NCBI GenBank assembly: GCA_024704765.1
Contig: JAKMXF010000364.1
Span: 70,707-134,706 of the forward strand
Length of the DNA: 64,000 nt
Source: Oopsacas minuta
Taxonomy: Eukaryota > Animalia > Porifera
Reading direction: 5' to 3'
Position numbers and translations under genes: made by a program. This document shows, piece after piece, positions 62,880-64,000 of the stretch (the stretch's first letter is position 1; every line of letters begins with the position of its first letter). The notes under the pieces are model-generated. The model saw nothing but the letters and a program-made list of their open reading frames with translations. It did not search any database and had not been told where the DNA came from.

Positions 62880-63530
62880 AAGTTAACCACAAGATTTTGA
62901 TCGCTCATATCCACCAAGTCTATCTGAGCTCGCAAAGAAATCGGTGGATTTAAAGGGTTTCACAACCACACTTTTGAGGGACTTCTTTGCTTTCTTTAAA
63001 TGGCATACCTGATTATTTTTCACCAAAAGGCCACATATTTTTTCTGTCACACCGTGATATTTCAGTGCAGCCTGCTTAAAGAGTTTGGTCCTACCAGAAT
63101 AGTTACCTTCAAGCCTATGAAGTGAGTCCAACGTATCCTACAGCTCTTCTATCGACAATACTCTTTTTGATATTCCATCTTTCTTGCCCTTCAGATACAG
63201 GATATTAGTTCCTCGATAGGGCACTAGCTGAAAGCGGTCCTGGGCCCTTTGCATCTGGTGTTCACTCTTCTGGAGAACTGATGGCATGGTTATTTGGTGC
63301 AAAGTTATTTTATTAGTTATATCAGCTCTCATATAAGTCGAACTTGATGGCTCAATTGATATAGTTAAGAGTGACTTATTGATTTCACTCCTGAGCATGT
63401 TACTTTTTCCAGTCACCCAAATTGTTTCACTAATAAGAGATCTCACAAATACGCCCATTGACCTATTTATCTTCGGGTTTCAATTACAAATATGATATCG
63501 CAAATCAGCTCCAAACATCAATGCATTCAT
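62880..63530 (-). pseudogene. Ginger-type / KRBA2-SCAND3-like integrase remnant
   Basis: KRVLSIEEL*DTLDSLHRLEGNYSGRTKLF...VCHLKK...VVVKPFKS then RAQIDLVDMS: HHCC-like zinc region followed by the first catalytic Asp. Confidence 0.72.
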
Positions 63531-63763
63531 ACTTCCTCTTGTGACAAAGTAGAATAGAAAAGTTTGAACTCTAATCACTATTCAGTAGTTATGTTATCAT
63601 CATACATATTTTGTTAAAGATGCAAGCATATCTATTATCAAGGATTCTCGAATTATTACTTAATTAATCTTTATTACTGTTATTTTGCGTAATAGATATA
63701 GTACGTGGTAATATCCGTATATATTTTACATTAAATTAGAGAATTCTGCTATACAATTTATTC

Positions 63764-63858
63764 GGATACCGACATCTCGCTACACGACATTTCGTTACAC
63801 GACATTTCGCTACAGACATCTCGCTACAGCGACATTTCGTTACACGACATCTCGCTAC
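63764..63858. repeat. ~15-bp tandem repeats (acgacatttcgctac), probable MULE-type terminus
   Basis: ggataccgacatctcgctac followed by five further units; similar organisation to the MULE ends at 31881 and 33688. Confidence 0.65.
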
Positions 63859-64000
63859 TTATTTGATTGGTCAATTTTAATTATTATTTATAATTAAATT
63901 ATCCCCTTAAATATTATAAAATCTACCCTTGTAGAATCCCAGTTATAGTTTAGATTCTTGTAAAGCCGTTCAAAGTATTACGTCTAAATGCATTGAGTAT

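Noticed and set aside
193-63458. Most 60-130-aa ORFs in the supplied track
   Set aside because: They are antisense or off-frame shadows of transposase remnants, or chance frames in AT-rich DNA.

Overview
AT-rich eukaryotic (invertebrate-like) genomic DNA that is almost entirely nested, decaying DNA transposons. The species cannot be determined from the sequence. The only host-gene piece I can support is the terminal exon of a mitochondrial ribosomal protein gene (mrpl45/mL45, 56191-56512). The main signal is a cluster of RAG1-like (Transib/RAG1L) elements: one uninterrupted 694-aa ORF (23625-25709) with the RAG1 D-D-E triad, the core zinc ligands and a C-terminal CX2CX3GHX5CC knuckle, plus four degraded relatives (~6.2-7.7 kb, ~15-16.3 kb, ~27.1-27.5 kb, ~61.9-62.6 kb). 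Four element ends share a fixed layout, CAC(A/C)GTG + 23 bp + AATAGG, i.e. an RSS-type heptamer followed one 23-bp spacer away by a conserved block that is not the RSS nonamer. No RAG2-like gene fits downstream of the intact ORF. A Chapaev transposase with a RAG1-N-terminus-like zinc module sits at 671-2670. The rest comprises five IS630-Tc1-mariner types (DD34E, DD34D, DD37D, DD37E, DD41D), hAT/Buster, hATm, Chapaev3, MULE, P-element and Ginger-type remnants, many MITEs, and a 0.9-kb foldback element.
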